A program made the translations under genes and the position numbers. DNA of 64,000 nucleotides from a virus, in IMG/VR virus record IMGVR_UViG_3300036770_003016; one strand, 5' to 3'. Below, piece after piece: positions 22,156 through 32,018 of this stretch (within the stretch, counting starts at the first letter, position 1; each line of letters begins with the position of its first letter). A model generated the notes under the pieces. It saw only the letters and a list, made by a program, of their open reading frames with translations, did no database searches and was not told the origin of the DNA.

Positions 22156-23256
22156 TTAGTGTTGTTTAAATTCGATTACAAAAGTATTGTCTGATAATAC
22201 ATCATCTTTTGATGGTAATGTATTCAGTAAAAATGTTTCTACTTCTTGACCAACTTGATTTACAGCTTCTGGTGATGCTGGGTTTGCCAATGCCTCTACA
22301 ACTTGTCCTGGTATGGCTAATGTTTCTGCTGCCTCTGCCAACAAATCTCTACTTGCCTGTACTATGTTATTGAACTCTGCTTGAAGGGCTGCAATATCTC
22401 CTATTGTACTACCTCCTTCTGGTGGTGTCAATAAGTCTGCAAATCCTTTTGCGAGTGCTGCATATGCCTTATCTAAACATTCTTGTAAAAATCTTCTTGC
22501 TTTTTCTGGCAAACTCAGTATGTAATCAATCAATGCTCTTATTTTCATTGCAAAGAGAATTAGTATTTGAGCTAAATCATTCAACTCACTAATTATACTT
22601 GTTATATATTTTATCTCTCTAGCAATTGCTTTTGCAAATTGAATAACTTTAGAGACTTCGCCATTTGTGTCAGAAAAACCTAATGCTTTCAATGCAGCAC
22701 GAATTGCCTTTCGTATCTCTTCAATAATTATACCAAATTTGGCTCTAACATATGCTACTGCTTTGTTTACTTCTGGTGATATATCACAGACAGACTTTCT
22801 TTCTTGATTTATAGCATTTGTTAAAGTGCCATCCATGACACCTCTTGTAATTCTAACTTGAGTTGGTTCTCCAATAACTCTGTCAACTTGTGATGATCTT
22901 GGTTTAGATGCGGAACCTTCTCTTCGAATTGCTTCTTGATAAACTATACTAGATTGAGAACTTTCAACTCCAGGTAGTACATTTAGAACAACAGGAATTT
23001 GAGCAAACTCACCATCTTGAAAAAATCCAAGAACCCAATCTCCCTCTCTGGGAGTAGCGTATGTATTTGGCGCATTTGTTGATAGTGCTACTTGAGCCCA
23101 AGGTAAAGTGTTTGTTGGAACAAGTTTTTTATCTTCAGAATGAAGACCAATAATCCTGACTCTAACCGAGCCAAGTTTTAATGGATCTAAGACATCTTCT
23201 ACGATGCCAATCCACCAAATAAAAGGTCGTTTTCCGTAAAAATCTTGAGGTATCAT
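22156..23256 (-). CDS. gp5: Baseplate hub gp5 N-terminal OB-fold part
   Basis: WWIGIVEDVLDPLKLGSVRVRIIGLH...LPWA...GDWVLGFFQDG. Confidence 0.8.
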   Translation of the reverse strand: MIPQDFYGKRPFIWWIGIVEDVLDPLKLGSVRVRIIGLHSEDKKLVPTNTLPWAQVALSTNAPNTYATPREGDWVLGFFQDGEFAQIPVVLNVLPGVESSQSSIVYQEAIRREGSASKPRSSQVDRVIGEPTQVRITRGVMDGTLTNAINQERKSVCDISPEVNKAVAYVRAKFGIIIEEIRKAIRAALKALGFSDTNGEVSKVIQFAKAIAREIKYITSIISELNDLAQILILFAMKIRALIDYILSLPEKARRFLQECLDKAYAALAKGFADLLTPPEGGSTIGDIAALQAEFNNIVQASRDLLAEAAETLAIPGQVVEALANPASPEAVNQVGQEVETFLLNTLPSKDDVLSDNTFVIEFKQH

Positions 23257-24566
23257 ATTTTACTTGAATCTGTACAAATTTCTAACAATGTTTCGTGTCT
23301 GTTATAACGAATAATATGTCTAACTCCAGTAATTATATATCTACCACTCAATGTATCATCTAAGACTTCTTCTTCCTTGGTTGAAAATTTAGGATAATCT
23401 AGATTCACTAAAAACCCAGGATTATAACCAAAATTACCAGGCATTGTGACTTGCAATCTCTTCTGCATCATATTTGCAAAATAAGATTTTCTTTGAAACA
23501 CATAATTGTGAGTATCATCAATTACAGTAGAGGCTGTTGGATTATTTTCTCTTATGTAAGCAGTCTGAACTCTTGGTAAAGCAAAAGGATATGTAACAAC
23601 TCTTGAATCATACATGTCTCTAAAATCTTTGTTGTCTTTCGTTTTAGAGTCAGTTAGATTATCATATTTATTGCCATGTTTGGCATTAGTCTGCAACTCG
23701 AAAGCATTATTCACTCGACGAATAACTTGTGTTTTAGTAAAAGTGTCAAACCCAACAAATTTTCCAGCATAAGAACCATTTTTAATATTATCGATCATAC
23801 TAAATTGAGATAAAACTTTTACATCTCTGGCACCATAAAATTCATTCTCATTATTCGTAACATCTTTACCTAAGTTTTTAGGAATAACATTTATGTTGAA
23901 CAATGAATCTAAAGACCAAAGAAAAGATACTGGAACAAAATTATATCCAGCCGCAGACTCATAGAAAACATAGTCTGGTATTTTATATTCGTTAGAAATT
24001 GATTTCTTTGTTATCCAATTTATCGCATCAAAAGGAGTTAGATTTGGAATGATAAAATCTTTTTTGGTATCTGTTGGAAAGATTGTACCAATACCAGAAT
24101 TTCCTCTAGAAACAGCTGCATTTGGAACTTTTAAATGATCTGTAAGAATTTTCAATACAGTATTTGAATATGTTCCCGTATAGCTTTGAGAAATCTTTTT
24201 TTGATTAGAATAAATGAAGTCTTCGTTTACAAAATGTAAAATGTAAGTCTGTGTAGTTAAATTTTTGTTGTTTCTATTTGTTACTTTGTAAATCTTAAAT
24301 TTTTTCTCAAAGATAAATCCACTAGGATTATCATCCATTTTTTCTATGTTTATTTTTAGTGTTTCATTTCCACTAATGTCTAATTTTTCAAAAAGATTTA
24401 TTGAGTCTTCAATTAAAATGTTGCCTGATCTACATGGTGTAAAAATATTGTCAAATAAATTTAACTCTACAAATATATTGGTCAAATCAATATTTTGTCC
24501 TGAACTCGTAGACAAAAATAATTCGTTGACTTTAAATTGTATAGATTGCGTTAAAACTGAACTCAT
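23253..24566 (-). CDS. Baseplate hub protein (gp27-like position)
   Basis: 437 aa between gp53 and gp5; SGRYIITGVRHII C-terminal motif typical of hub proteins. Confidence 0.6.
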   Translation of the reverse strand: MSSVLTQSIQFKVNELFLSTSSGQNIDLTNIFVELNLFDNIFTPCRSGNILIEDSINLFEKLDISGNETLKINIEKMDDNPSGFIFEKKFKIYKVTNRNNKNLTTQTYILHFVNEDFIYSNQKKISQSYTGTYSNTVLKILTDHLKVPNAAVSRGNSGIGTIFPTDTKKDFIIPNLTPFDAINWITKKSISNEYKIPDYVFYESAAGYNFVPVSFLWSLDSLFNINVIPKNLGKDVTNNENEFYGARDVKVLSQFSMIDNIKNGSYAGKFVGFDTFTKTQVIRRVNNAFELQTNAKHGNKYDNLTDSKTKDNKDFRDMYDSRVVTYPFALPRVQTAYIRENNPTASTVIDDTHNYVFQRKSYFANMMQKRLQVTMPGNFGYNPGFLVNLDYPKFSTKEEEVLDDTLSGRYIITGVRHIIRYNRHETLLEICTDSSKI

Positions 24567-25234
24567 TGTTGATATAACTCTTTTATTTCATTTTCTAAGA
24601 CAGAAACAAAATCTTGCTTTAATATTTTTATCTCTCTCTTAGATTCGTTCAATTCATATTCGTAATCATAATACGTTTTAATTTCTTTACTATAAGAATA
24701 TGTGAGAAAAGAACCACTATGCAATAAAATTTCACCATTGACACCATTTTGCATATATTCTTCATTACTGTAGTATGTGTTTGCGTCAACAGGAAGTTTA
24801 GTAACAGTTGTTACACCTTCAACAGTCTTTGTAATTACTTTATAGAAAGAATGATAGTTATCAACATTGGCTACTGTATTTTTTGCCCATCTTATACCTT
24901 CACCCTTCTCGTTCGTATTTGCATATTCTGATTGAGAATATTTGTAATCAACATATTCGTTGAATTGATCGTACTGCAAAGGCCAATCGTATTGTGGATC
25001 AACAATGTTATTCATCATTAAAATGATCCAATATCTTTCGGATGAATTATAAAATTTTGCAGCTAAATTATCTGGGGTATCACCATCACGAATATCATAG
25101 GTGTAATATACAGCAGTATTTTCTAAAAATTTATTTTCAATTGACGCAGAAGAACTTAAATTGGTAACATAATTGAAATTAGAATTGTCAGCTACATCAT
25201 AATAAATTTTTGGTAAAAGTTTTAGATATTTCAT
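24563..25234 (-). CDS. gp53: Baseplate wedge subunit gp53
   Basis: YDIRDGDTPDNLAAKFY...WIILMMNNIVDPQYDWPL; YEYELNESKREIKIL. Confidence 0.88.
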   Translation of the reverse strand: MKYLKLLPKIYYDVADNSNFNYVTNLSSSASIENKFLENTAVYYTYDIRDGDTPDNLAAKFYNSSERYWIILMMNNIVDPQYDWPLQYDQFNEYVDYKYSQSEYANTNEKGEGIRWAKNTVANVDNYHSFYKVITKTVEGVTTVTKLPVDANTYYSNEEYMQNGVNGEILLHSGSFLTYSYSKEIKTYYDYEYELNESKREIKILKQDFVSVLENEIKELYQQ

Positions 25235-25240
25235 TTTATT

Positions 25241-26368
25241 TTAAGAAGTAGGAAAATTATAATCATCATATTGTGTTGATTGTGCAGTAAAACGATCTGC
25301 ACCAAAAAATGATTTTGTAACAATGTCTGTTTCTTTAAATTGCAAACTCATTCTAATAGCAACAGGCATACCTGTTCTACCAATACTAGGTTTAGGTTCG
25401 TTTGGAACTTCATAAGCAGTAAAACCATTTGGTGCATAATCTAAATCTATACTCTCCAAGACACATGTTGTTATTCTAGGAATGTTTGGATTTATTTTTC
25501 CGTTGTAATAAAATTGAACATCAAATTCTGATGGTGGAACTAAAAAGAATCCTTTACCTTCAGTTGAAATTTCTGGAGCCTGATGAAATTTTAAACGTGT
25601 AATTATTTTCTGAACTTCTGTTGCTTCCGATTCACTACGAGGATAAAAAACAAAATCAAATCTAAATGTTCTAAAAGAAGGAGTACTGTATATCAATTCT
25701 AATTTTGGATTTTGAACTACACCAAATATTGCTGCAAATCCAGAAGTTAAAAATGCACTACCTTTGGCTACTTCATTTGCAATAAATGGACTTAAGTTTT
25801 TAAATACATCGATTGCTCCTTGTTTAAATTCACTACTTTTTCGTATAGTATCTACAAGAGTTGATGTTGCATCAAGACCTCTTGCAATTGGATCATTACC
25901 AATTTCTAAACCAGAATACCCTTGATTGTGAATATAACTTAGAGTATCTGGCATGTATAGTGCGACAGTATCTCGCACTCTCTCAATCGTTCGTGTGAAA
26001 TTTAAAGTAACATCAGTTGTTGCTTTAGTTATATTTTGAACGGTTTCAGAACTTCCAAATACATTTTCAAATTTAGTTGAGGCTAAATTTGTCAAATCCG
26101 ATAATGATTGACCAGGAGAATATGATCTACCTTCAACTCTATCTTTTATGATCGTTGGTTGATCTCCAGTAGTTTGCCCTTTAAAATTCGTTTTCTTTTG
26201 TTGATTTATATGGAAAACGATATAGTGACCTTTATCAGCAGAACCTAAGTCTTGAGGATATCTGTAAATATCATAACTGTACTGACTTTCTAAAGCCAAT
26301 CCATTAGTTCCAAATCCAGTTCTTTTTGTGTTTTTAAAAGATATATCGGCAAAAGAGAAGAGTGCCAT
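25241..26368 (-). CDS. gp48: Baseplate tail-tube cap gp48
   Basis: LYMPDTL, NPKLELIYSTPSFRTFRFDFVFYPRS, CVLESIDLDYAP; start reassigned to MALFSF at 26368. Confidence 0.85.
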   Translation of the reverse strand: MALFSFADISFKNTKRTGFGTNGLALESQYSYDIYRYPQDLGSADKGHYIVFHINQQKKTNFKGQTTGDQPTIIKDRVEGRSYSPGQSLSDLTNLASTKFENVFGSSETVQNITKATTDVTLNFTRTIERVRDTVALYMPDTLSYIHNQGYSGLEIGNDPIARGLDATSTLVDTIRKSSEFKQGAIDVFKNLSPFIANEVAKGSAFLTSGFAAIFGVVQNPKLELIYSTPSFRTFRFDFVFYPRSESEATEVQKIITRLKFHQAPEISTEGKGFFLVPPSEFDVQFYYNGKINPNIPRITTCVLESIDLDYAPNGFTAYEVPNEPKPSIGRTGMPVAIRMSLQFKETDIVTKSFFGADRFTAQSTQYDDYNFPTS

Positions 26369-26400
26369 ATTTTTCCTTGAAGAGAATAAATAGTATTTAT

Positions 26401-26835
26401 ATGAGCTACAAAGGAATTTATACACCAAAAAACCCGGCAAAATACAAAGGAGACCCAAATAACATCATATGGAGATCAACTTGGGAAGCAAGGGTTATGA
26501 AATGGTTGGATTTATCTGAAAGTGTACTATGGTGGTCTTCTGAAGAACTACCTATACGCTATTTCAATCCTATTGACAATAAGATCCATAGATACTTTCC
26601 AGATTTTATTGTAAAGATGAGAAAGAAAGATAACTCTGTTAAGACTTATGTGATTGAAGTGAAACCAGAATATCAGACTAAACAACCAGTTAAGAAAAGA
26701 CAAACACAGAAATTCATTAACGAATCAGTAACATACATAATCAATCAGTCTAAATGGAAAGCTGCAACAGAGTTTTGTAAAGATCATGGTTGGGAATTCA
26801 TGATACTTACAGAGAAGGACATAGGTATTACTTGA
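26401..26835 (+). CDS. gp4: Head completion nuclease gp4
   Basis: YKGIYTPKNPAKYKGDPNNIIWRSTWE, HRYFPDF, IEVKP. Confidence 0.92.
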   Translation: MSYKGIYTPKNPAKYKGDPNNIIWRSTWEARVMKWLDLSESVLWWSSEELPIRYFNPIDNKIHRYFPDFIVKMRKKDNSVKTYVIEVKPEYQTKQPVKKRQTQKFINESVTYIINQSKWKAATEFCKDHGWEFMILTEKDIGIT

Positions 26836-26901
26836 AAGCGGACACCTGTACTTATAATGCTTTTATTGAGATTTTAACTAAAATAGTAAATAAATAATGA
26901 C

Positions 26902-27480
26902 ATGGCATATCTAATAGAAAAAATTAAACTCTCTCTCGCAAAAGAGGGAATACAATCAAGGACAAATAAATCTAGAGATTGGATTAAAGCTAAATTAAAA
27001 GAGTTGAACCCAAGACAACAATCGGTAACTAGAGATAAGATTCGACTGAGAGATAGAAGTTTGATTGGAGAAATGTACTTTTTTTATTATGAACCAAAAC
27101 TAAAGGATTCGTTGCCATATTACGACAGGTTCCCATTGGTCTTACCAATAGAACGATACTCAGACGGTATACTAGGGTTGAATTTACATTACATTCACCC
27201 AAAGCAACGAATTATCCTTTTAGATAAATTGAGTGAGTTTTTGAACAATAGTAAATATGACGAAAGTACTAAATTTAAAATCAATTACAGTATTTTAAAA
27301 AATGCATCAAGAATATATGAATCGAAACCATGTCTGAAGAGATATCTGTACTCACATATTGAGTCTAGATTTATTCGCATTAGTCCAGATGAGTGGGACA
27401 TCGCAGCTTTGTTACCATTAGAACTTTTTGAAAAACATAAAACAAGTAAAGTATGGTACGATTCCAGAAAGAAATTTTAA
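26902..27480 (+). CDS. gp2: DNA end protector gp2
   Basis: YEPKLKDSLPYYDRFPLV, GLNLHY, PCLKRYL. Confidence 0.9.
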   Translation: MAYLIEKIKLSLAKEGIQSRTNKSRDWIKAKLKELNPRQQSVTRDKIRLRDRSLIGEMYFFYYEPKLKDSLPYYDRFPLVLPIERYSDGILGLNLHYIHPKQRIILLDKLSEFLNNSKYDESTKFKINYSILKNASRIYESKPCLKRYLYSHIESRFIRISPDEWDIAALLPLELFEKHKTSKVWYDSRKKF

Positions 27481-28254
27481 ATGTCATTTTCACCAAATTT
27501 ATTTTTATCTAACTTAAATGCAAAAGACGGTTTGGCAAAACCAAATCGTTTTGAAGTTATTTTGCCAATACCACAGTACATCAATAACTTTATTGGCAAT
27601 TCGTTCATCGAAAAAATATTAAATTTACCAAATACAATTATAGCAGATGTTACTGATATTATAAGAAGAACATCTACAGATCAACAGTCAAGAAGTGACA
27701 ATCCTTCAATGACTCGTTACTTATCTTTGCAATGTGAAGCAGCAGAGTTACCAGGAAAAAGTTTAATCACACAAGATGTCAAAATATATGGCCCAACTTT
27801 TAAAGTTCCATATCAGACACAATATCAAGATACAAGTTTAACATTCCTTTGCACAAATGAATTCTATGAAAGAAAATTATTTGAAAAGTGGACTGAATCT
27901 ATCATGCCAACTGACACAAATAATCTCAGATATGCAAAAGGAAACGATACAAGATATCTAACAAATATAAAGATCATACAGTATGATGAATTCATTCGTC
28001 AAATATACATTGTTGAATTGCTAGATGCATTTCCTATTTCTATAGGCAATCAAGCTTTGTCTTGGAGTGATGATAACTTTCATAGACTGACTGTACAATT
28101 TGCATATCAAAAATACCGTGTTGTGTATGCTGGTAATTATGATCTAGTTCAAGCTGCAACAAGTTTATTTGGTTCAAAATTAACATCGTTTACTGAAAAA
28201 TTTTCTTCTGCAATTTCAAAACCTGTGGGATCAATATTTGACTTAGTAACATAA
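27481..28254 (+). CDS. Tail tube initiator gp54 / gp19-like protein
   Basis: GLAKPNRFEV, CEAAELPGK, AFPISIG, LTVQFAY. Confidence 0.75.
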   Translation: MSFSPNLFLSNLNAKDGLAKPNRFEVILPIPQYINNFIGNSFIEKILNLPNTIIADVTDIIRRTSTDQQSRSDNPSMTRYLSLQCEAAELPGKSLITQDVKIYGPTFKVPYQTQYQDTSLTFLCTNEFYERKLFEKWTESIMPTDTNNLRYAKGNDTRYLTNIKIIQYDEFIRQIYIVELLDAFPISIGNQALSWSDDNFHRLTVQFAYQKYRVVYAGNYDLVQAATSLFGSKLTSFTEKFSSAISKPVGSIFDLVT

Positions 28255-28269
28255 CAATGGAGATATAAG

Positions 28270-28989
28270 ATGGCTTTACCTAAAATTGATGTGCCAATTC
28301 ATACGATAGATTTACCTTTAACTAAAAAGAAAATTCGTTATCGTCCGTTTTTAGTAAAAGAAGAAAAGATTCTTCTTATGGCAATGGAATCGCAAGATGA
28401 GAATACAATTTTTGATTCAATAAAACAAATAGTAAATAACTGTTCGTTAGATGAATTAGATGTTGATGATTTGCCAATAACAGATTTAGAATATTTCTTT
28501 TTACATCTAAGAGCTAGATCGGTTAGTGAAGTTGTTGATTTACAATATAAGTGCAACAACAAAATTAAAGAACAAGATTGTGGTAACATTGTAAAAGTTA
28601 AAGTAAACATATTAGAAATAAAACCAGAGTTTCAAAAAGACCATAGTACGAAAATACAAATAACAGATGAACTTGGTTTAATTATGAAGTATCCAAGTTT
28701 AAAAGTTATTCAAAACATAAAATCTGAAAATGAAGTAGATAGACTCATGGAAATTATTTTGAAATGTATAGATGCAATCTATGATAAGAACTCAATGTAT
28801 TATACTAAAGATGTGAGTGAAGAAGAATTAAAAGATTTCGTTGAGGGACTAACGCAACAACAATTTGTAAAGATACAGAAGTTTTTTGAGTCTGTTCCCA
28901 AGATGAAAAAGAATTTAAGCTTCAAATGTAATAAATGTGGGTATGAAGATACTGTTCTCGTAGAAGGTATACAAAATTTTTTCGAATAA
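28270..28989 (+). CDS. gp26: Baseplate hub assembly chaperone gp26
   Basis: MALPKI, YRPFLVKEEKILL, LRARSVSE, CNKCG, EGIQNFF. Confidence 0.9.
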   Translation: MALPKIDVPIHTIDLPLTKKKIRYRPFLVKEEKILLMAMESQDENTIFDSIKQIVNNCSLDELDVDDLPITDLEYFFLHLRARSVSEVVDLQYKCNNKIKEQDCGNIVKVKVNILEIKPEFQKDHSTKIQITDELGLIMKYPSLKVIQNIKSENEVDRLMEIILKCIDAIYDKNSMYYTKDVSEEELKDFVEGLTQQQFVKIQKFFESVPKMKKNLSFKCNKCGYEDTVLVEGIQNFFE

Positions 28990-29039
28990 CTTTTTGTCAT
29001 GATAATTTAAAAAACCACTATGAAACTAACTTCGCACTC

Positions 29040-29180
29040 ATGCAACATCACAAGTATAGTTTGGCAGAATTGGATAATTTGCTGCCGTGGGAAAAATCAA
29101 TTTATATAACACTACTGATGAATCACATTGAAGAAGAAAATGAAAAGATCAAACAACTAAACGCTAATAAAAAGAGATAA
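29040..29180 (+). CDS. gp51: Baseplate hub assembly protein gp51 (absent from ORF track; may be made as a gp26 -1 frameshift extension)
   Basis: MQHHKYSLAELDNLLPWEKSIYITLL; frame is open back to 28980 with HYETNFAL upstream of the ATG. Confidence 0.8.
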   Translation: MQHHKYSLAELDNLLPWEKSIYITLLMNHIEEENEKIKQLNANKKR

Positions 29181-29183
29181 TAA

Positions 29184-31007
29184 ATGGCATTTGCAGACGT
29201 TATTAGAAAACAGAGAAGTGGTGGAAAGGGAGTCTTTGGTTCTCTCTCTAGTGCAGCAACAGAATCACTAAAAGAAAAAATGGATCCAAGAAATCTATTG
29301 GATCAAAAAGGTGTTCTGACTGCTCTGTTTCCAGGTCTAAAAAGTTATAAGACTAAACAAGTAGAAAGAAGTAGTAGGAGAATAGCTACTGGTCCAAGTT
29401 TAGTTTCTGTAAATAATGACACTCTAAATGCCATGAATGAGAAGTTAGATTTTATTGGCAAAAATACAATGTCATTACCAATAATGATGCGTGACATTAA
29501 TGTCATGCGTCAGAGTATGATTAAATTAGTTAAGTTACAAGGTGGGGAACAAAAAGATAGTGCTGATAAATTCTTTAAGACTTCTGCTGAACAAGAAAAA
29601 CTGTATGAGAATACATTAAAATCGAAAAAGGGGTCTACAGCACCAACAAAAGTTGGTGGAGAAGTTAAGACAAGTTCTATGGGTAATCTTGCATTAATGG
29701 CAACAGTATTTTTAGGTGTTCTTGGTGCTTATTTTACGAGTTCAGAATTTAAAGAGAAAGTCGATAACTTAATTGGTGGTTTAGTCAAGTCTGTTTTTGG
29801 AGAAACAACTTTTTCTGATTTAGTAACTGGTGTTACTGCTGCTATTGGAGCTTTAGCAGTATTGAAATTAACATTTATGGCTTTTGATACATTTATGAAA
29901 GGAATGATGACTCGACTTGGTACTAAAATATTTGGTCCTGGAGCTCCAGTACCAACACCAGGTGATGTTCCAGATGTTGATAAAGATAAAGCAAAGGGTA
30001 AAGGAAAATCCAAATATGGGACTATACAAGATAGACCAAAAGGCAATTTAGATAAAGCAAAAGAACTTGCAAGTAAAGCTAGAGGCGCAATGAACGCTAC
30101 TAATTTTGCAAGAATGGGCGCCCTTGGTCTTCTTGTTGGTGAAGCATATATGTTATATAAATTGATTGAGAGTGATTCACATGAAACGCCAAGTCAGGCA
30201 GATGTAGAGGAGGGTGTTGATGGTGGTTGGACACCAGAACAAGGGTTTACTGCTGACGGCGGTCCTGTTGATACAGATAAGATAAAGGGATTACCAAATG
30301 TACCAAACTATGTTGATCCAAGTGGAGCTAAAGCAGAACAAAATAGATTGAGCAATTATAAACCTTCAAGAGTTAGTAATAATGAACTTTTAGAAATGAT
30401 TGGAAAAGCTGAAGGTGGTGCCATGGGGTATGATGCCATCAATAAAGGCAAAGCAGGTGATACCCCAGAAGGTTTGCCTGGGTTATCAAACATGACTGTT
30501 GGACAAGTAATGCAACTTCAGAAAGACAAAAAAGTATTTGCTGCTGGTAAATATCAAATAATACCTACAACACTAAAAGGATTAGTTGATAGTGGTATCG
30601 TTAAGATTGAAGATAAATTTGATTCTGCTACACAAGACAAACTTGCAAATGAACTAATACAAAGACGATTGAATAGAGCTGGGTCTGATCCAATACAACA
30701 ACAATTAGAATTGTCTAAAGAATTTGCTTCAATAGCCAATCCACATACCGGCAGTTCATATTATGATGGAAAGGGAAATAACAAAGCAAGTATTGCTAGT
30801 ATTTTCACAAGAACTCCTGGTTCTACAATTGCAGCATCATCTGTCGCTGTTGCTGATGGTAAAATGGCTTCATCTATGCCACCTGTTGTTATCAATTCAC
30901 CACAAACAGTAAACAACATGGCTCAATCTGGTTCAAGTAATATTATTACTGCAAGTGTACTAGATGAAGAATTTGCTAGACTTCTTTTCGAAAGAGCAGT
31001 AATTTAA
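29184..31007 (+). CDS. Tape-measure/hub gp29-like protein with lysozyme-like domain
   Basis: Position after gp26/gp51; hydrophobic helices; IGKAEGG..GYD...MTVGQV...AAGKYQIIPTTL...FDSATQD muramidase motif. Confidence 0.65.
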   Translation: MAFADVIRKQRSGGKGVFGSLSSAATESLKEKMDPRNLLDQKGVLTALFPGLKSYKTKQVERSSRRIATGPSLVSVNNDTLNAMNEKLDFIGKNTMSLPIMMRDINVMRQSMIKLVKLQGGEQKDSADKFFKTSAEQEKLYENTLKSKKGSTAPTKVGGEVKTSSMGNLALMATVFLGVLGAYFTSSEFKEKVDNLIGGLVKSVFGETTFSDLVTGVTAAIGALAVLKLTFMAFDTFMKGMMTRLGTKIFGPGAPVPTPGDVPDVDKDKAKGKGKSKYGTIQDRPKGNLDKAKELASKARGAMNATNFARMGALGLLVGEAYMLYKLIESDSHETPSQADVEEGVDGGWTPEQGFTADGGPVDTDKIKGLPNVPNYVDPSGAKAEQNRLSNYKPSRVSNNELLEMIGKAEGGAMGYDAINKGKAGDTPEGLPGLSNMTVGQVMQLQKDKKVFAAGKYQIIPTTLKGLVDSGIVKIEDKFDSATQDKLANELIQRRLNRAGSDPIQQQLELSKEFASIANPHTGSSYYDGKGNNKASIASIFTRTPGSTIAASSVAVADGKMASSMPPVVINSPQTVNNMAQSGSSNIITASVLDEEFARLLFERAVI

Positions 31008-31010
31008 AAT

Positions 31011-31034
31011 AAAAAACCCCGCCGAAGCGGGGTT
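31011..31034 (-). terminator. Rho-independent terminator after gp32
   Basis: Minus strand AACCCCGC-TTCG-GCGGGGTT followed by a T run; T4-type UUCG loop between convergent genes. Confidence 0.85.
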
Positions 31035-31052
31035 GCATGGGAACGAATCTGT

Positions 31053-31943
31053 TTAATCAGACTCGGCAAGGGACTTGAAGTAATCCAAATCTTCATCATC
31101 TGCAATAGATGTTTTCTTATTCAGAATTTCCTCATCATCAAACTTTGTAACAATCTCATCGTCAGCCTTAGATTTGATTGGTGCAGCACCACCTTCAAAA
31201 CCAAGAACTTTGTCTAAACGACCTTTGAGTTGATCATAAGACTTGAATTGTTTCTTCTCAGTAAACTCTTTGAGAGAGAATTCTGATTTCCAAAGTTTCT
31301 CAAGCTTCTCGTCATCACCATTGAAGAGTGCCTCTGCACTATCAAATTCTGATTTATCGTAATTGCGATAACCTTCTACATTACGAATCTTGAGTTTGAA
31401 GTTTGCACCTTCCCAGAAGTCAAACGGATTGATTGGCTTCTCATCTTCGAATTCTGGGTTCATTGCCTCAGAAAGTTTATCGAAAATCTTCTTGCCAAAC
31501 TTAAACAGTTTAACTTGACCTTCGTTTTCTGGATTCTTGGGATCAGAAACAACAAGAATATTTGCAATATAACTTAGTTTGCGTTTCTGTTTACGAGCAA
31601 TATCTTTGTTTGCTTCAATACCAGAATTCCATAGAACGGAATTGTGTTCGCAAACAGGACATTTTTCATTGATTGTTGTGAGACAGTTATCAATCAACCA
31701 ACCACCAGGTCCTTGAAACCCGTGATTGAAGATTCGTACCCAGGGTAGAGCATCATCACCATCTGCTGCGGGTGCGGGGAGAAAACGAATGATAGCCATT
31801 CCGTTACCAGATTTATCTACTTCTGGTGCCCAGAACCTTGTATCGTCTTTGGAGTTTTCTGTTGATTGGGTTGTGGCTTCGATAGCCTTTGTGAGTTTCT
31901 CAAAAGAGTTTTTATTTCGTTTGAGATTTGCAAAACTAGACAT
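31053..31943 (-). CDS. gp32: Single-stranded DNA-binding protein gp32
   Basis: GNGMAIIRFLPAP, HGFQGPGGW.IDNCLTT..CPVC, NPFDFWEGANFKLK, acidic tail; start MSSFANL. Confidence 0.95.
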   Translation of the reverse strand: MSSFANLKRNKNSFEKLTKAIEATTQSTENSKDDTRFWAPEVDKSGNGMAIIRFLPAPAADGDDALPWVRIFNHGFQGPGGWLIDNCLTTINEKCPVCEHNSVLWNSGIEANKDIARKQKRKLSYIANILVVSDPKNPENEGQVKLFKFGKKIFDKLSEAMNPEFEDEKPINPFDFWEGANFKLKIRNVEGYRNYDKSEFDSAEALFNGDDEKLEKLWKSEFSLKEFTEKKQFKSYDQLKGRLDKVLGFEGGAAPIKSKADDEIVTKFDDEEILNKKTSIADDEDLDYFKSLAESD

Positions 31944-32018
31944 AGTATTTCCTTTCGTATAAACGGAGTATAAACGGTATATTAACGACTTATCCACATA
32001 AACATTATATACTAATAT

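Noticed and set aside
25241-26458. Overlap of gp48 and gp4 ORFs as listed in the track
   Set aside because: Artefact of upstream alternative starts; the likely starts are 26368 (minus) and 26401 (plus), separated by a short divergent TAAATA-containing late-promoter region.
31990-31998. DnaA box TTATCCACA as a replication origin
   Set aside because: Single copy inside the gp32 leader; no box cluster or unwinding element.
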